64,000 nucleotides of DNA from Planctomycetota bacterium (GTDB taxonomy: Bacteria > Planctomycetota > PLA2 > JAEUHO01), in NCBI GenBank assembly GCA_965222115.1, contig CBDCTJ010000003.1, positions 320,001 through 384,000 of the forward strand, written 5' to 3'. A model generated the notes under the pieces. That model was not told the DNA's origin, did no database searches, and was given only the letters and a program-made list of their open reading frames with translations. The position numbers and the translations under genes are program-made. This document shows positions 39,173 to 50,421 of the stretch, one piece after another. Every line of letters begins with the position of its first letter. The first letter of the stretch is position 1.

Positions 39173-40516
39173 ATGGCTCAACGAATTTTGCTCGCGCTTG
39201 TGCTCATCTCGCTAACCGGCTTTGTGCCCAGTGCCTATGCGAAGGACGCGCCCGAGAAGAAGTCGCCAGAAGGATCACGCGCCGACGCCGACGTGACGCC
39301 CAAAGAGCGCGATGCGGCACTAAAGAAGTGCTTCAAGTACCTCGACGAACGACTTTGGAAGATGACGGAGTATGGGTCGAGTCGTAAGTTCTACTCTGCC
39401 GCGATGGCAGGTTGGGCCTACTTGATCTGTAGCGCCAAACCAAAGGAGGGATCCAAACTTCCATCACGAGCCAAAGAGATCAAACGCATCGCGGAGCTAC
39501 TTGACGGGTATGCCGATCGTGTCAGGCGCGCTTATGACCAAGACGACAAAAAGCAAAAAAAGAAGAAAGGAGACAAGCCTGCAGGTCGAGCCAGCATGTT
39601 TGGTCGCACGGCGCAGTACGTTTGGAATCTGGGGGTGTCGGCACACTTCTTCGCCGCGAGGTTCGCCCGTCGCAAGTCTCGAGGTCCTTCAAAGCGCTCG
39701 CTAAAGACCATCGTCAAACTGCTTGAAGCGTGCCAACAAGAGAACGGCGGCTGGGGTCATGACGACGCACGTCGTGAAGGCATGGGACTACCGGCAATCA
39801 AGATCCCAAAGCCCGGTGGCGGGTCGTTCAAGTATCCGGGGACGCTTTTGGGCGCGGGCAACTGTGCGCTGTCGGGCATTGGCGCAGCGCGTGCGGTATT
39901 GGGCGGCGCACCAACACGCGCGATGGAACGTGGCCGCGAACATTTCCTAAGGTCGCAAAATGGCTCCGGAACCTTTCCTTATGATCCGTCGCAGCAACAT
40001 GGCGGCGGTGATGACGAGGCTGGCGCGGGTCACGCCGGCTACGCGGATCGCATCGGTGTTGCGCGCACGTCAGGTTCGGTACTCGCGTTGTTGCTATCCG
40101 GACTAAAACCGAACCACAAGGCCATCACACGAGCCATCAATCAGATCGACGCCCATCCCGAATGGCTCGGCGACGGCCACGGTTCAGCCGCTATGGCATT
40201 GGGATTTAGTGCGATTCTTGCATCCGCACGCGGCGAGAAGGCGTGGAACGTCTTTCGCAAAACATACTTCCGGAAGATCCTTGAGCATCAACAGGAGGAC
40301 GGTGGCTGCAACTGCGTGTGCAACAAGTCACCCGGCGTCACGAACGACACAGAGAGCATCAAAGGCATGAATATGCCCGGTTGGGTAGAAGGCGGGCGAA
40401 TCTACGTAACAGCGATTCATGCGTTCATCTTGGCGCTCGATCGCAACCCCGTAAAATCGATTCCCTCCATCAAGATCCCGCATGCGCCGGTGGTTACGGG
40501 CGAGTCCGACAAGTAA
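39173..40516 (+). CDS. Secreted prenyltransferase/squalene-oxidase-repeat protein
   Basis: Signal peptide; QQENGGWG, QNGSGTF, QQEDGG repeats. Confidence 0.7.
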   Translation: MAQRILLALVLISLTGFVPSAYAKDAPEKKSPEGSRADADVTPKERDAALKKCFKYLDERLWKMTEYGSSRKFYSAAMAGWAYLICSAKPKEGSKLPSRAKEIKRIAELLDGYADRVRRAYDQDDKKQKKKKGDKPAGRASMFGRTAQYVWNLGVSAHFFAARFARRKSRGPSKRSLKTIVKLLEACQQENGGWGHDDARREGMGLPAIKIPKPGGGSFKYPGTLLGAGNCALSGIGAARAVLGGAPTRAMERGREHFLRSQNGSGTFPYDPSQQHGGGDDEAGAGHAGYADRIGVARTSGSVLALLLSGLKPNHKAITRAINQIDAHPEWLGDGHGSAAMALGFSAILASARGEKAWNVFRKTYFRKILEHQQEDGGCNCVCNKSPGVTNDTESIKGMNMPGWVEGGRIYVTAIHAFILALDRNPVKSIPSIKIPHAPVVTGESDK

Positions 40517-40533
40517 TCGATGCCAGTCGTTGT

Positions 40534-41535
40534 TCAGTCGGAGGATGTGACGCGCGCGCGGGCGCGCCACAGCGTCCCAGGCCAATCCGTAAAATCCGAA
40601 CCTTTCTCGCCATTTGATATGAGCCAGGACCGAACACCAGTTGACACGACACGTAGCGAGTCACTTGCGTAGTAGCTCGTGCCTTTTGCCGCGTCGGGTG
40701 GCGCCCACTGCGCCTTGTTCTTCTTCATACGCCGATCGCGAATGCCAAGCCAGCGCCCCATCGGAAACCACACACCGCGCTTTCGGGGAAACCACGTGGT
40801 GAAATCGTAGTTCTCGGGAATAGGGAGTGCGATAGGAAACGTAAGCTGTGAGAATCGACTCCCTTCAGGTACCTCACGCCGAATCACTTGGATCGACCCA
40901 AGCGTCGTCGTGCTGCTCGACACGATGGCCTCTTCAGGCCAAGTGTGCTTTGGAGCGGCAACACCCAAGATTGCCACGGCCACAACCGCGTTATACGCCT
41001 TGAGCCGAGCTACATCATCGGTAGCTGTATCGTTGTCGGAACGGGCCGGCCCGTGGGCCACGGCAACGAGGAATGGACGATTCGGATTCACGTCTACCTC
41101 GATGCCGAGGAGTTTCCCCTCCTCGTGCGATGGCCCATCACCGTCGAACCAATCGGCAAGTCGACCACTGGTAAGTTCCAACCGAAAGGTGGCACGGGTG
41201 GGCGACACGTACTCAATGGCGCGCACCTGCCACTTGTCGTTGGGAAGGTCGAGCGCTTTGATGATGGCCTCGTACTCAGCCCGACGATGCTTACCACCAA
41301 GTAGCCTCTCATCTTTGGCAAAGCCCATGCGCGAGTGGATCTCGTTCGAAGCGGGTTGCCGAAACGAGTGCTCGATGGGTCCTAAGTCCGGATGCCCAAA
41401 GGGACGCACCGACTGTCTTGTAGGGTCAGGCACAGGGGAGGTTTCACCACACCCGGTCCCCACGAAGATGAACAGGGCGACCAGGACCAAGAGCATCGGT
41501 CGAAAGAAGGCATGCATGCATAGCAATCTACACAT
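40534..41535 (-). CDS. Hypothetical lipoprotein
   Basis: LLVLVALFIFVGTGC lipobox; fills the gap downstream of dnaK. Confidence 0.6.
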   Translation of the reverse strand: MCRLLCMHAFFRPMLLVLVALFIFVGTGCGETSPVPDPTRQSVRPFGHPDLGPIEHSFRQPASNEIHSRMGFAKDERLLGGKHRRAEYEAIIKALDLPNDKWQVRAIEYVSPTRATFRLELTSGRLADWFDGDGPSHEEGKLLGIEVDVNPNRPFLVAVAHGPARSDNDTATDDVARLKAYNAVVAVAILGVAAPKHTWPEEAIVSSSTTTLGSIQVIRREVPEGSRFSQLTFPIALPIPENYDFTTWFPRKRGVWFPMGRWLGIRDRRMKKNKAQWAPPDAAKGTSYYASDSLRVVSTGVRSWLISNGEKGSDFTDWPGTLWRARARVTSSD

Positions 41536-41543
41536 GCGCGCGG

Positions 41544-43463
41544 CTACTTCACTTCAAACTCGGCGTCGATCACATTGTCGTCGCCCGACTCTCCGCCACC
41601 GGTTGGCGCTCCTGTCGGTACGCCACCTGAAGCCGCCGCAGGATCTGCCGCGGCGGCTTGTTCGGCATACACCTTTTGAGCCACGGCCTGGGCCGACTTC
41701 ATGAGTTCTTCAATAGCCTCATTGATCTTGGCGGGATCATCGCTGTCCTTGAGCGCTTCAACCGCCTTCTTGGCCTCTTCGATCTTTGATTTCTCCGCCG
41801 CGTCTACTTTGTCGCCGTGTTCTTTCAGCAACTTCTCAATCTCGTACACAGCGCCATCGGCCTTGTTGCGGGCCTCGACAACTTCGAGGCGGCGCTTGTC
41901 TTCCTCGGCGTGGGATTCGGCCTCGGAGCGCATGCGCTCGACTTCTTCTTTGGAGATGCCGGAGCTGGACTCGATACGCACCTTTTGTTCTTTGCCGGTG
42001 CCCTTGTCTTTGGCCGACACATTCAGAATGCCATTGGCATCAATGTCGAACATGACCTCGATCTGGGGCATGCCGCGCGGTGCCGGGGGGATCCCGTCGA
42101 GGCGGAACTTGCCAAGCGTGCGGTTGTCGCCCGCCATGGGTCGTTCACCTTGCAGCACATGCACTTCCACACTCGGCTGATTGTCGGCCGCCGTGCTAAA
42201 GACTTCGCTCTTTTGCGTGGGAATGGTGGTGTTGCGCTCGATCAACGTGTGCATGGTGCCGCCCTGCACTTCCACACCGAGCGAAAGCGGTGTGACGTCG
42301 AGCAACAACAGGTCCTGTAGCGTCTCGTCGCCAGAGAGAATGCCACCCTGAATGGCAGCACCCACCGCCACGCTCTCATCGGGATTGATGGTCTTATTGC
42401 CTTCGCGGCCAAAGACGTCCTTCACGGTGGCCTGAATCAGCGGCACACGTGTGGAACCACCCACGAGCAAAATCTCGCTCAGCTCCGAGGTGGAACACTT
42501 GGCATCCTTGAGCGCCTGCAAGCAGGGCTTACGCACGCGGTCAACGACATCGCCAATCAACTGCTCAAACTTGGAACGCGTAATGGACATGGTGAGGTGC
42601 TTGGGCCCGGCCGCATCCGCCGTAATGAACGGCAAGTTGAGGTCGGTCTGCGATGAACTCGAGAGATCGATTTTTGCGCGCTCACACGCTTCACGCAAAC
42701 GGTGAAGCGCCATCGTGTCTTGACGCAAGTCGATGCCGTGATCCTTCTTGAACTCGTCGGCGACGTGATCGACCAGGATCTGATCCAAGTCGTCACCACC
42801 CAAATGGGTATCGCCGTTGGTCGCGAGCACCTGGAACACACCGTCGGAAAGTTCCAGGATGGAGATATCGAATGTGCCGCCACCAAAGTCAAACACGGCG
42901 ATCTTGCCCGACTTGGTCTTGTCCAGACCGAAGCTCAACGCCGCTGCCGTGGGCTCATTGATAATGCGCAGCACATTGAGACCGGCAATCACGCCAGCGT
43001 CCTTTGTTGCTTGACGTTGACTGTCGTTGAAATACGCCGGCACCGTGATCACTGCGTCGTTCACGGTCTGACCCAGGTGGTCTTCTGCGGCCTTCTTCAA
43101 GTGCTGCAAAATGATGGCGCTGATCTCGGGCGGCGTAAACGTCTTGCCGCGCACTTCGACCTTCACGAACTCTTCTGGACCACCCACGATCTTGTAGGGC
43201 ACGAGCTTTTCTTCGGCACCCACTTCATTGTGGCGGCGGCCCATGAAGCGCTTCACGCTGTACACGGTGTTCTCGGGATTGGTCACGGCCTGGCGGCGCG
43301 CGGCCTGGCCCACCAGACGTTCGCCGCCTTCGGTAAACGCCACCACGCTGGGCGTGACGCGATGGCCGTCGGCGTTGACAATGACACGCGGCTCGCCACC
43401 TTCCATCACCGCAACGACGCTGTTCGTGGTACCGAGGTCAATTCCAATAATGCGTTGGCCCAT
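41544..43463 (-). CDS. dnaK: Molecular chaperone DnaK
   Basis: [38 protein letters not shown] tail. Confidence 0.98.
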   Translation of the reverse strand: MGQRIIGIDLGTTNSVVAVMEGGEPRVIVNADGHRVTPSVVAFTEGGERLVGQAARRQAVTNPENTVYSVKRFMGRRHNEVGAEEKLVPYKIVGGPEEFVKVEVRGKTFTPPEISAIILQHLKKAAEDHLGQTVNDAVITVPAYFNDSQRQATKDAGVIAGLNVLRIINEPTAAALSFGLDKTKSGKIAVFDFGGGTFDISILELSDGVFQVLATNGDTHLGGDDLDQILVDHVADEFKKDHGIDLRQDTMALHRLREACERAKIDLSSSSQTDLNLPFITADAAGPKHLTMSITRSKFEQLIGDVVDRVRKPCLQALKDAKCSTSELSEILLVGGSTRVPLIQATVKDVFGREGNKTINPDESVAVGAAIQGGILSGDETLQDLLLLDVTPLSLGVEVQGGTMHTLIERNTTIPTQKSEVFSTAADNQPSVEVHVLQGERPMAGDNRTLGKFRLDGIPPAPRGMPQIEVMFDIDANGILNVSAKDKGTGKEQKVRIESSSGISKEEVERMRSEAESHAEEDKRRLEVVEARNKADGAVYEIEKLLKEHGDKVDAAEKSKIEEAKKAVEALKDSDDPAKINEAIEELMKSAQAVAQKVYAEQAAAADPAAASGGVPTGAPTGGGESGDDNVIDAEFEVK

Positions 43464-43601
43464 AGTGAGGACACTCCAAACGGTTTGCCCTCGCGTCCAA
43501 CGGATCGCCCGGGCGACAAAATCTTGTTTTCCGCAAACCCGTGCCTCGATGCGCGCGAGCCGGAGCGTGCCAAATGGGCAGGGGCTATGCCCTACGCGTG
43601 C

Positions 43602-45026
43602 CTAATCGGCGCGGCTCGATCGCTTCGATCGCCTCGAAAGCCCAAATTCTTGGATCTTTCGGTATAGCGTTCGGGTGCTTATGCCAAGCATCTGCGAAGC
43701 GCGTTCCCGATTGCCACCGACGTCTCGCAAGGTGTTGGTGACCAGGGCCCGTTCGACGTCCTCAAGAGCGATACCGGACAGCGTCTTGAGGATGTCGGGC
43801 GTTTCGCCACCCGCCGGCCGGACGTAGGGCGGCACCGCATCGGGAGCGATTACCGAACCTCGTGACAGCAAAACCATCGACTCTACGGCGTTCTTGAGTT
43901 CGCGAACGTTGCCGGGCCAACGATAGCTCATGAGGATTTCCAACGCCTCGGGTGCAAATGACCGTGCCGGTCGTCCGTGGCGCTTCGCCGCTTCACGCAG
44001 AAAGTGATCGGCGAGGTGAGGAAGATCGGCCAACCGCTCTCGTAACGGGGGAAGCTGAATTTGAACAACACGAAGTCGGAAACAGAGGTCTTCGCGAAAC
44101 GTGCCTTCCGCCACCATCGTCTCGAGATCGCGATGGGTGGCCGCGATTACGCGAACGTCAACTTGCGTGGGCACGTTTGCACCCACGCGCGTGACCTCGC
44201 CGGATTCGAGTGCACGCAGGAGGTGGGCCTGCGTAGCCAACGGCATATCGCCAATCTCATCGAGAAAAAGCGTGCCCTTATGCGCTGCTTCGAAACGACC
44301 TTTGCGTTCTCCCGTTGCACCGGTAAACGCGCCTCGTTCGTGGCCGAACAACTCACTCTCGAGCACACCTTGCGCAAGCGACGCACAATTCAAGGGAACA
44401 AAGGGAGCCGTACGCCGCGGTCCCGCACGATGAAGCGCCTGCGCAACCAGTTCCTTGCCGGTTCCGCTCTCACCTTGAATCAAGACGGTCGCATCGGTGT
44501 CCATGATCTGATTCATGACATCGAACACCTGTTGCATAGATCGCGTCTGACCAAGAATCCCTGGGAACGAGAATGCCTTGTTGATGGTGGCCTGCAGCGC
44601 GCGGTTCTCAACAACCAGTGCGATGCGCTTTGCAGCCTGTCGAACCGTCTCTCGCAAGATGCCTACATCAAGCGGCTTTTGTAGATAGTGAAGTGCCCCT
44701 TCACGCATGGCGGCAACTGCACCGTCTACTGTGCCATAGCCCGTGACAACCAACGCTTGCGGCGTTCCGTGGTCACCGCGCAACTCCGTACATCGGGAGA
44801 CGATGTCGAGGCCGTCCATGTCTTGAAGACGCAAGTCGGTAACAACGAGGTCGGGTCGAAGCGACTCGAGCTTCTCTAGGCCTGCGCTACCCGATGAGGC
44901 GATCGTGAGCTGATGCCCTTCGGCCTCCAGCACGTCCCGTATAACTTCAGCGTGATGCGTGTCGTCCTCAACAATCAGGATCGACAGGCCACTCCTGGGC
45001 TCAGAGATCGGCGACTCAGTAGGCAT
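43602..45026 (-). CDS. Sigma54-dependent response regulator (REC-AAA+-HTH)
   Basis: [49 protein letters not shown]. Confidence 0.95.
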   Translation of the reverse strand: MPTESPISEPRSGLSILIVEDDTHHAEVIRDVLEAEGHQLTIASSGSAGLEKLESLRPDLVVTDLRLQDMDGLDIVSRCTELRGDHGTPQALVVTGYGTVDGAVAAMREGALHYLQKPLDVGILRETVRQAAKRIALVVENRALQATINKAFSFPGILGQTRSMQQVFDVMNQIMDTDATVLIQGESGTGKELVAQALHRAGPRRTAPFVPLNCASLAQGVLESELFGHERGAFTGATGERKGRFEAAHKGTLFLDEIGDMPLATQAHLLRALESGEVTRVGANVPTQVDVRVIAATHRDLETMVAEGTFREDLCFRLRVVQIQLPPLRERLADLPHLADHFLREAAKRHGRPARSFAPEALEILMSYRWPGNVRELKNAVESMVLLSRGSVIAPDAVPPYVRPAGGETPDILKTLSGIALEDVERALVTNTLRDVGGNRERASQMLGISTRTLYRKIQEFGLSRRSKRSSRAD

Positions 45027-45128
45027 AGAACTGCCATTATGTCACTTCTTGTGACATTTCTTGTCGCAATTTCTGTGGCAAACGCCGTCGTTTCGGAGCT
45101 TCCGAATATCCGATACGGCGATCGGAGT

Positions 45129-47315
45129 CTACTTAGGTGCCTTCACGGCCGGCGCGCCCGCCGCCGCCTTTGCCCTGGCCTGATCTTCGTTGGCGGGTTC
45201 GACTGGCGTGAGAATTACCTGACAAATCTTGCAAAGCATGGCCGTGCTGTACACGCGCCCCCCATCGGCGCCCCACGGATCTACGGGATCCCACGATCCC
45301 TTGCTTCCGCAGTACTCGCCATCCGTAATCACCGATTTGAGAATCGCATCCGACATGGCTCTGCGCCAGTCGTGCCAGTCTTCTCCGCCTGCTTCATGCG
45401 CCGCTGCGGTTCCGTAGAACCAATAGTACATGTCGACATTGCCATTCTTTGTGTCCCACTGCGGACGAAGATAGTGCAGGAGCTTGAGGCCCTTTGCAAT
45501 GGGCTTATCGGTGCTCTTTCGTCCCATGCGAAGCTGCACATAGACGGCAGCCGCCGTCATGGCCTCTGACTTTTCGCCGGGGAACTTGTCGAGCATCTCA
45601 GCGGGTCGGGCCGGAGGCGTGCCGCGTGAGATATAGCCAACGCGCCCGGTGTCGGCGTCGGTCACTTTCTGGAGCCACGCGCGCACGCCGTCGGCTGCCG
45701 ATCCATCGATCGTGAGCGGAGCCTTCTTCTTACGTGCAACCGCGCGACGATTGATGCGCTGCGCGGCATCGAGCACCACGTAATTCGCACAGGTCATGCT
45801 TGTGTCGTTCTCACCGGTCTTGATGCCATAGCGCCAGCCAAAGTATGGGTTGCGCGCTAGAGCAATGAAGTCCAAAGCGCGCTGCGCACTCGACTTAAAA
45901 AGGGGCGATCCCGTGAGGCCGTACGCCTCGACCATGGCCAGCGCAGACATGGCATGGTTATAGACATATTGCTGCGTGGTGCGCTTGCCGAAACACCCTT
46001 CTTTGTCCTGCACACGCTTAAGGAATCGAAGTCCCTTTGTAACCGTCTTGACGAACGGATGCTTTCCACGGTTCGTATAACCGGCACCAAGAAATGCCTG
46101 GAGGGCAAGGCCGGTGACCCCCACGTCGTAGAGGGATTTGCCTATGCCCGGCTTCTGCAATTGCCTGGCTTTGGGCAGCACGTTACCGTCACAGACCGTG
46201 TGAAACGTGGCGGCTGACCAGTGACCCTCGGGCGATTGATGGGCCGCCAACCAGCGCAACGCGTCATTGTAGACAGCGCTAATGCGCGTATCGATCTTCG
46301 CATTCAGCCGGTGATTCTGAGGTCGCACATCGTCATCGGGCCCCTCCTCCCGTTCTTCCTTCAGCGGACGCTCCCGTAGCGGGGCCTTGGCCTTCGGGGG
46401 AATGTTCACGAGCCCCTTGCGCAGAACAATCGCGCCGGGCAGACGTCGCGTTGCGCCGCGCCATGAATCGCTTTCGCCTGTGTACGTCCACGTTCCGTTA
46501 CGAAGCACAAGGCCAATACCCGTTTCTGGAAACGTGAGGCGGTGAAGCGTCCATGCGCCGTTTGCAAATCGTCCATGAAACGCCACGCGTCCATCACACA
46601 CACCTGCATGTTCGAAACTTGCGCGACCCTCGACTTGAGTCCCTTGTTGCTGAATCACAATAAGTCGCAGTGCGCCCGCTGTGAGCAGTGATACGGCATT
46701 ACTGCCATCAGATGCGTCGGGCGTCTTTTCGAGGAGATGCTTAATCAACTCGGTGCGCGGTTGCTTCACATGGAATCGCAAATCGGCTTCGCGCTCAATG
46801 CCTTTGGGGGCAATATCGTGCCACATGGCAGCCAACAACGTGAGGCTGGCATTTTGGGCAGGCGGGCGCTTGTATCCCAACGTGAGTGCTGCTTGCGCCG
46901 CCCGACCGTCTACTTCCGCGGCCCGGGCCAAGAGATTGCGCGCCATGGCATCCGTAAACGCGGACACCTCTGTGGCCTCGGCGCCCGCCTTTGCCTCCAC
47001 CCTGGCGTCTTGTGGATTGGCACCGTCGCTTCGTTCGTCCGCGGAGACCGTGGTCGTCGAACATAGCGCTGCCCATGCAAGGAACGCGAGTATCGAAAGG
47101 ATGCGACGATGCCCATGCCCATCAGTGACGGTAGCTGAGACGGTAGCTGAGACTGCAGCCCCCCACTCGCTCCCTTCATGAGGCATTGAAAGACTTCTCG
47201 GAAGACTCCTCGAAAGACTCTTCCTACTCGACACGGAGTGGCTTCCTTCTTGACGTTGCATCCCTGGGCGCATGTCCGGCTCCTTCTTGATGATGTTGCC
47301 TGAAGATGTGGACAC
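45129..47315 (-). CDS. Secreted prenyltransferase/squalene-oxidase-repeat protein (start uncertain, probably downstream of called start)
   Basis: ALRWLAAHQSPEGHW, VTGLALQAFLGAG, YNHAMSALA, GWRYG, YYWFYGT, GSWDP..GGRVYSTA. Confidence 0.8.
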   Translation of the reverse strand: MSTSSGNIIKKEPDMRPGMQRQEGSHSVSSRKSLSRSLPRSLSMPHEGSEWGAAVSATVSATVTDGHGHRRILSILAFLAWAALCSTTTVSADERSDGANPQDARVEAKAGAEATEVSAFTDAMARNLLARAAEVDGRAAQAALTLGYKRPPAQNASLTLLAAMWHDIAPKGIEREADLRFHVKQPRTELIKHLLEKTPDASDGSNAVSLLTAGALRLIVIQQQGTQVEGRASFEHAGVCDGRVAFHGRFANGAWTLHRLTFPETGIGLVLRNGTWTYTGESDSWRGATRRLPGAIVLRKGLVNIPPKAKAPLRERPLKEEREEGPDDDVRPQNHRLNAKIDTRISAVYNDALRWLAAHQSPEGHWSAATFHTVCDGNVLPKARQLQKPGIGKSLYDVGVTGLALQAFLGAGYTNRGKHPFVKTVTKGLRFLKRVQDKEGCFGKRTTQQYVYNHAMSALAMVEAYGLTGSPLFKSSAQRALDFIALARNPYFGWRYGIKTGENDTSMTCANYVVLDAAQRINRRAVARKKKAPLTIDGSAADGVRAWLQKVTDADTGRVGYISRGTPPARPAEMLDKFPGEKSEAMTAAAVYVQLRMGRKSTDKPIAKGLKLLHYLRPQWDTKNGNVDMYYWFYGTAAAHEAGGEDWHDWRRAMSDAILKSVITDGEYCGSKGSWDPVDPWGADGGRVYSTAMLCKICQVILTPVEPANEDQARAKAAAGAPAVKAPK

Positions 47316-47463
47316 GTGGACGTATCTTGACGTGTCTCAAGCTGGCGTCATTCCCGCGATCCCTGCGTTAGACGCAAACAGTCCGCCCCCCTTCCCCTAC
47401 AACGTAGCAAATCGACGACGGTTCATTTGCATGCGGGCGATTTTTGCTGGCTACGTCTCGGCG

Positions 47464-48492
47464 TTATGTGCGAACCGCGCGAAAGCCCAGCAACTCGACA
47501 TCAGGGAAGAGGTAATCGTCGCGCTTCGGTTCGCGCTGACACAAGTCGGTGCTCAGATATTTCTTATTGCTGTCGGGAAAGAGCGTCACCACGGTGGCCT
47601 TCGATCCCATTTCGAGCGCCAACTGAAATGCGCCCAGTAGATTCGCCCCCGACGAAATGCCCACCGCAAGGCCAAGTTCTTTGCTGAGTGCCTGCGCCAT
47701 GAGAATGGCGTCTCCGTCCCACACATCGACGATGGCATCGAGTGCATCGAGTTCAACGATCTGAGGAATGAACTCATCGGAAATGCCTTGGATGCGATGA
47801 GAACCTACACAGGTGCCCGTGCGAAGCGTAGGCGAGTTGGATGGCTCCAACGGATGCACGCGACACGACATATGCTTGTCGCGAAGGTAGCGTCCTACAC
47901 CCATCACCGTGCCACCCGTGCCTACGCCGGCAACGAATGCATCGGGTGTAACGCCAAAGAGCGCCAACTGTGTGTCGATCTCGGGTCCGGTAGATCGCTC
48001 GTGCGCATCCACATTGAGTGGATTCTGAAACTGTCGAGGAAGAAAGACGTGTTCATGTTTCGCCGCATACTGCTCGGCCGACTTGATGCTTCCGACAAAG
48101 CCACCCTCAACCCGCGACACGGGAACAACGTCCGCGCCCAAACTTGCAATGAGCTGCACGCGCTCTTGGCTCATCCAATCCGGCATGTAAATGCGCACCG
48201 AGTGTCCGAGCGCGCGCCCGATGGCCGCAAACGAGATCCCCGTGTTTCCACTGGACGCTTCCACAATGCGATCGCCTGGCTTGAGATCTCCCGCTTCCCG
48301 CGCCGCCTCAAGAATGCGTAGTGCCATGCGATCCTTGACACTGCCCGTCATATTCTCTTGTTCGTATTTGGCATACACATAAACGTCGCGACCTCGAACT
48401 CGCGCAGCGATTTGAAGTAGAGGCGTATTACCAATCAACGCAGATACGTCTTGAACACGTCGCGCGCGAAACGATGAGTCGGTGGATGTCAC
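47464..48492 (-). CDS. cysK: Cysteine synthase (PLP-dependent)
   Basis: IGNTPL, TGSVKDR, EASSGNTG, GVGTGGT, HRIQGI, GISSGAN. Confidence 0.88.
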   Translation of the reverse strand: MTSTDSSFRARRVQDVSALIGNTPLLQIAARVRGRDVYVYAKYEQENMTGSVKDRMALRILEAAREAGDLKPGDRIVEASSGNTGISFAAIGRALGHSVRIYMPDWMSQERVQLIASLGADVVPVSRVEGGFVGSIKSAEQYAAKHEHVFLPRQFQNPLNVDAHERSTGPEIDTQLALFGVTPDAFVAGVGTGGTVMGVGRYLRDKHMSCRVHPLEPSNSPTLRTGTCVGSHRIQGISDEFIPQIVELDALDAIVDVWDGDAILMAQALSKELGLAVGISSGANLLGAFQLALEMGSKATVVTLFPDSNKKYLSTDLCQREPKRDDYLFPDVELLGFRAVRT

Positions 48493-48594
48493 AGACGCGA
48501 GTCTAGGCGGGAGTGGAACAATCCGCGGCGACGGCCTGAGACGTACCGAGCGAAGAGTAATTTAGAACAAGTGTTCAGTCGCAGACCAAACCAC

Positions 48595-48963
48595 TTATGG
48601 AAGATCTAGTTGGATCCGTCGAGACTCTTCTCGTTCAGCAAGCGCACCACACACGAGTTGGCATAGGTCGTAGAGCGTGGGGTCGGTAATGGCCAGATGC
48701 ACAGTGCGCCCCTCGCGGCGACGGCTGATGCACCCCGCGCGCACAAGCTCCGTCACGTGACGCGACAGGTTCGACTGCGTTAGACCGGTGGCAGCGGCAA
48801 CTTCAGCCATCGATCGGGGACCGCTCATGAGGTGATTCACGATTCGAATCCGGCTTACGCTCCCCAGTACACGGAATCGCTCGGCAATCTCGGCCATCAG
48901 GCCCTCGCTCAACTGCTTGGCGTTGGTCTCGGACGAATCGGCTGCTTGTTTGGGTTGGCTCAT
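48595..48963 (-). CDS. ArsR/SmtB-family repressor (BigR/SqrR-like)
   Basis: FRVLGSVSRIRIV, QSNLSRH, RREGR, C-terminal LCQLVC. Confidence 0.9.
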   Translation of the reverse strand: MSQPKQAADSSETNAKQLSEGLMAEIAERFRVLGSVSRIRIVNHLMSGPRSMAEVAAATGLTQSNLSRHVTELVRAGCISRRREGRTVHLAITDPTLYDLCQLVCGALAEREESRRIQLDLP

Positions 48964-48965
48964 TT

Positions 48966-48999
48966 CTTGAATATATGATCAATTGCTCATATTTTCAAG
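48966..48999. promoter_or_regulatory. 34-bp palindromic operator in the divergent ArsR/persulfide dioxygenase promoter
   Basis: CTTGAATATATGATC-AATT-GCTCATATTTTCAAG (two mismatched pairs). Confidence 0.8.
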
Positions 49000-49018
49000 T
49001 CGAAACCAAGGAGACCCC

Positions 49019-50353
49019 ATGAACACCAGCGCCACGATGCCCCCTAAGACGCTCAAAGAGCTTGAGATTGTCCCCCTGCTGCACCCCCAAGGCTGTCGCA
49101 CCTACTTGATGGCCGACCCCACGACCAAAGAGGCGCTTGCACTCGACGTACACCTCGACCTGGTTCAACAAGTGGCCGAGACGTTGCAAGCGCGGAACTG
49201 GTCGCTCAAGTACATCGTGGACTCCCATACGCATGCGGATCACCCCTCAGGTGCAGCGCCACTGGCAAAGCAAACCTCCGCAACCCGCGTCGCCCATGAG
49301 CGCGCCGGCCATGAGGGTGTCACCCTTCATCCGGCAGATGGCGAAACGCTGTTGCTCGGCGACCGTTCCGTGCGGGTTCGCCACGCGCCGGGCCATACAC
49401 CGGATCACATTGTGTTACTGAGCGACAGGGCGCTCTTCTCTGGCGACACGCTTCTAATTGGCGGCGTTGCACGCACCGATTTCCTTGGCGGCAACGCAGG
49501 GCAGCTCTTTGATTCCATCCATCGCGTCATCGACACGCTTGCCGACGACGTCGTGCTCTACCCCGGTCATGACTACAAAGGACAGGTCAGTTCCACGTTG
49601 GGTGACGAACGGGCGCACAACGCATGGCTTGCGATCAAAGACCGAAGCGCGTTTGTGCAAGCGCTCACTGCCAACCCACCCCCACGACCCGCCAATATGG
49701 ATGCGCTGCTACGCCTCAACAAGCGCGGCATTCACATCGCGAGTTTATTGTCTGCTGATGACGCCGTGAAACGTGTCGCCAAGGGAGGCGCACACTCGGT
49801 CATCGACGTACGGACCGGCGCGGAAGTCACAAGCGAACGCGTGCCGGGCGCCGTTCACATTCCCTTGGATCAAATTCGTGCGCGCGCCGATGAAGTGCGC
49901 GCCATTCCTGCGCCGAGACTTCTGCTCTGCAGATCGGGTCAGCGCGCCGTGACGGCTAAGCGCACGCTGGAATCACTTGGCGTTGGTGGACTCATGGTGA
50001 TGGACGGTGGCATCGAGTCCTACCGCAACGCGGGTGGCGAGACAGTCACCGGCAAGCGTTCCATGTCGCTGGAACGTCAGGTGCGCATTGTGGCGGGCGC
50101 GCTGGTGTTGATCGGACTCGCACTAGGCACATTTGTAAGTCCATGGGGCTATGCCCTCGCAGCGTTTGTTGGCGCGGGACAGGTATTCGCGGGTATCACC
50201 GATACCTGCGGCATGGGAATGCTCTTGGCACGCATGCCCTGGAATCGTGGCGATGACCCTTCGGGCGAATCCTGCGCCGTTAGCGGTGGCGGTTGTGCAG
50301 CCGAGCCCCCACCCTCTACGGCAGGTTGTGCCGCGTCCGAACCTCCTATGTAA
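49019..50353 (+). CDS. Persulfide dioxygenase (ETHE1-type MBL) + rhodanese + DUF2892 fusion
   Basis: SHTHADH, PGHT, LFSGD, YPGHDY; rhodanese IDVR..E, CRSGQR, DGG; MSLERQVRI..TDTCGMGMLLARMPWN; AAGGAG RBS. Confidence 0.9.
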   Translation: MNTSATMPPKTLKELEIVPLLHPQGCRTYLMADPTTKEALALDVHLDLVQQVAETLQARNWSLKYIVDSHTHADHPSGAAPLAKQTSATRVAHERAGHEGVTLHPADGETLLLGDRSVRVRHAPGHTPDHIVLLSDRALFSGDTLLIGGVARTDFLGGNAGQLFDSIHRVIDTLADDVVLYPGHDYKGQVSSTLGDERAHNAWLAIKDRSAFVQALTANPPPRPANMDALLRLNKRGIHIASLLSADDAVKRVAKGGAHSVIDVRTGAEVTSERVPGAVHIPLDQIRARADEVRAIPAPRLLLCRSGQRAVTAKRTLESLGVGGLMVMDGGIESYRNAGGETVTGKRSMSLERQVRIVAGALVLIGLALGTFVSPWGYALAAFVGAGQVFAGITDTCGMGMLLARMPWNRGDDPSGESCAVSGGGCAAEPPPSTAGCAASEPPM

Positions 50354-50421
50354 GTGCGTCCACCTTGCGTGTTGAGCAACAACGTGATCTAGTAGGGATC
50401 TTCTCATCGAGAGATCACGGC

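Noticed and set aside
43520-43580. Sigma54 promoter for dnaK (GGCACG motifs)
   Set aside because: GG-to-GC spacing is 9 nt rather than the required 10 at both candidates.
47127-47224. Short 12-bp tandem repeats near the 5' end of the 45129..47315 ORF
   Set aside because: Only 2-3 degenerate copies in a region of uncertain start codon; consistent with ordinary slippage.
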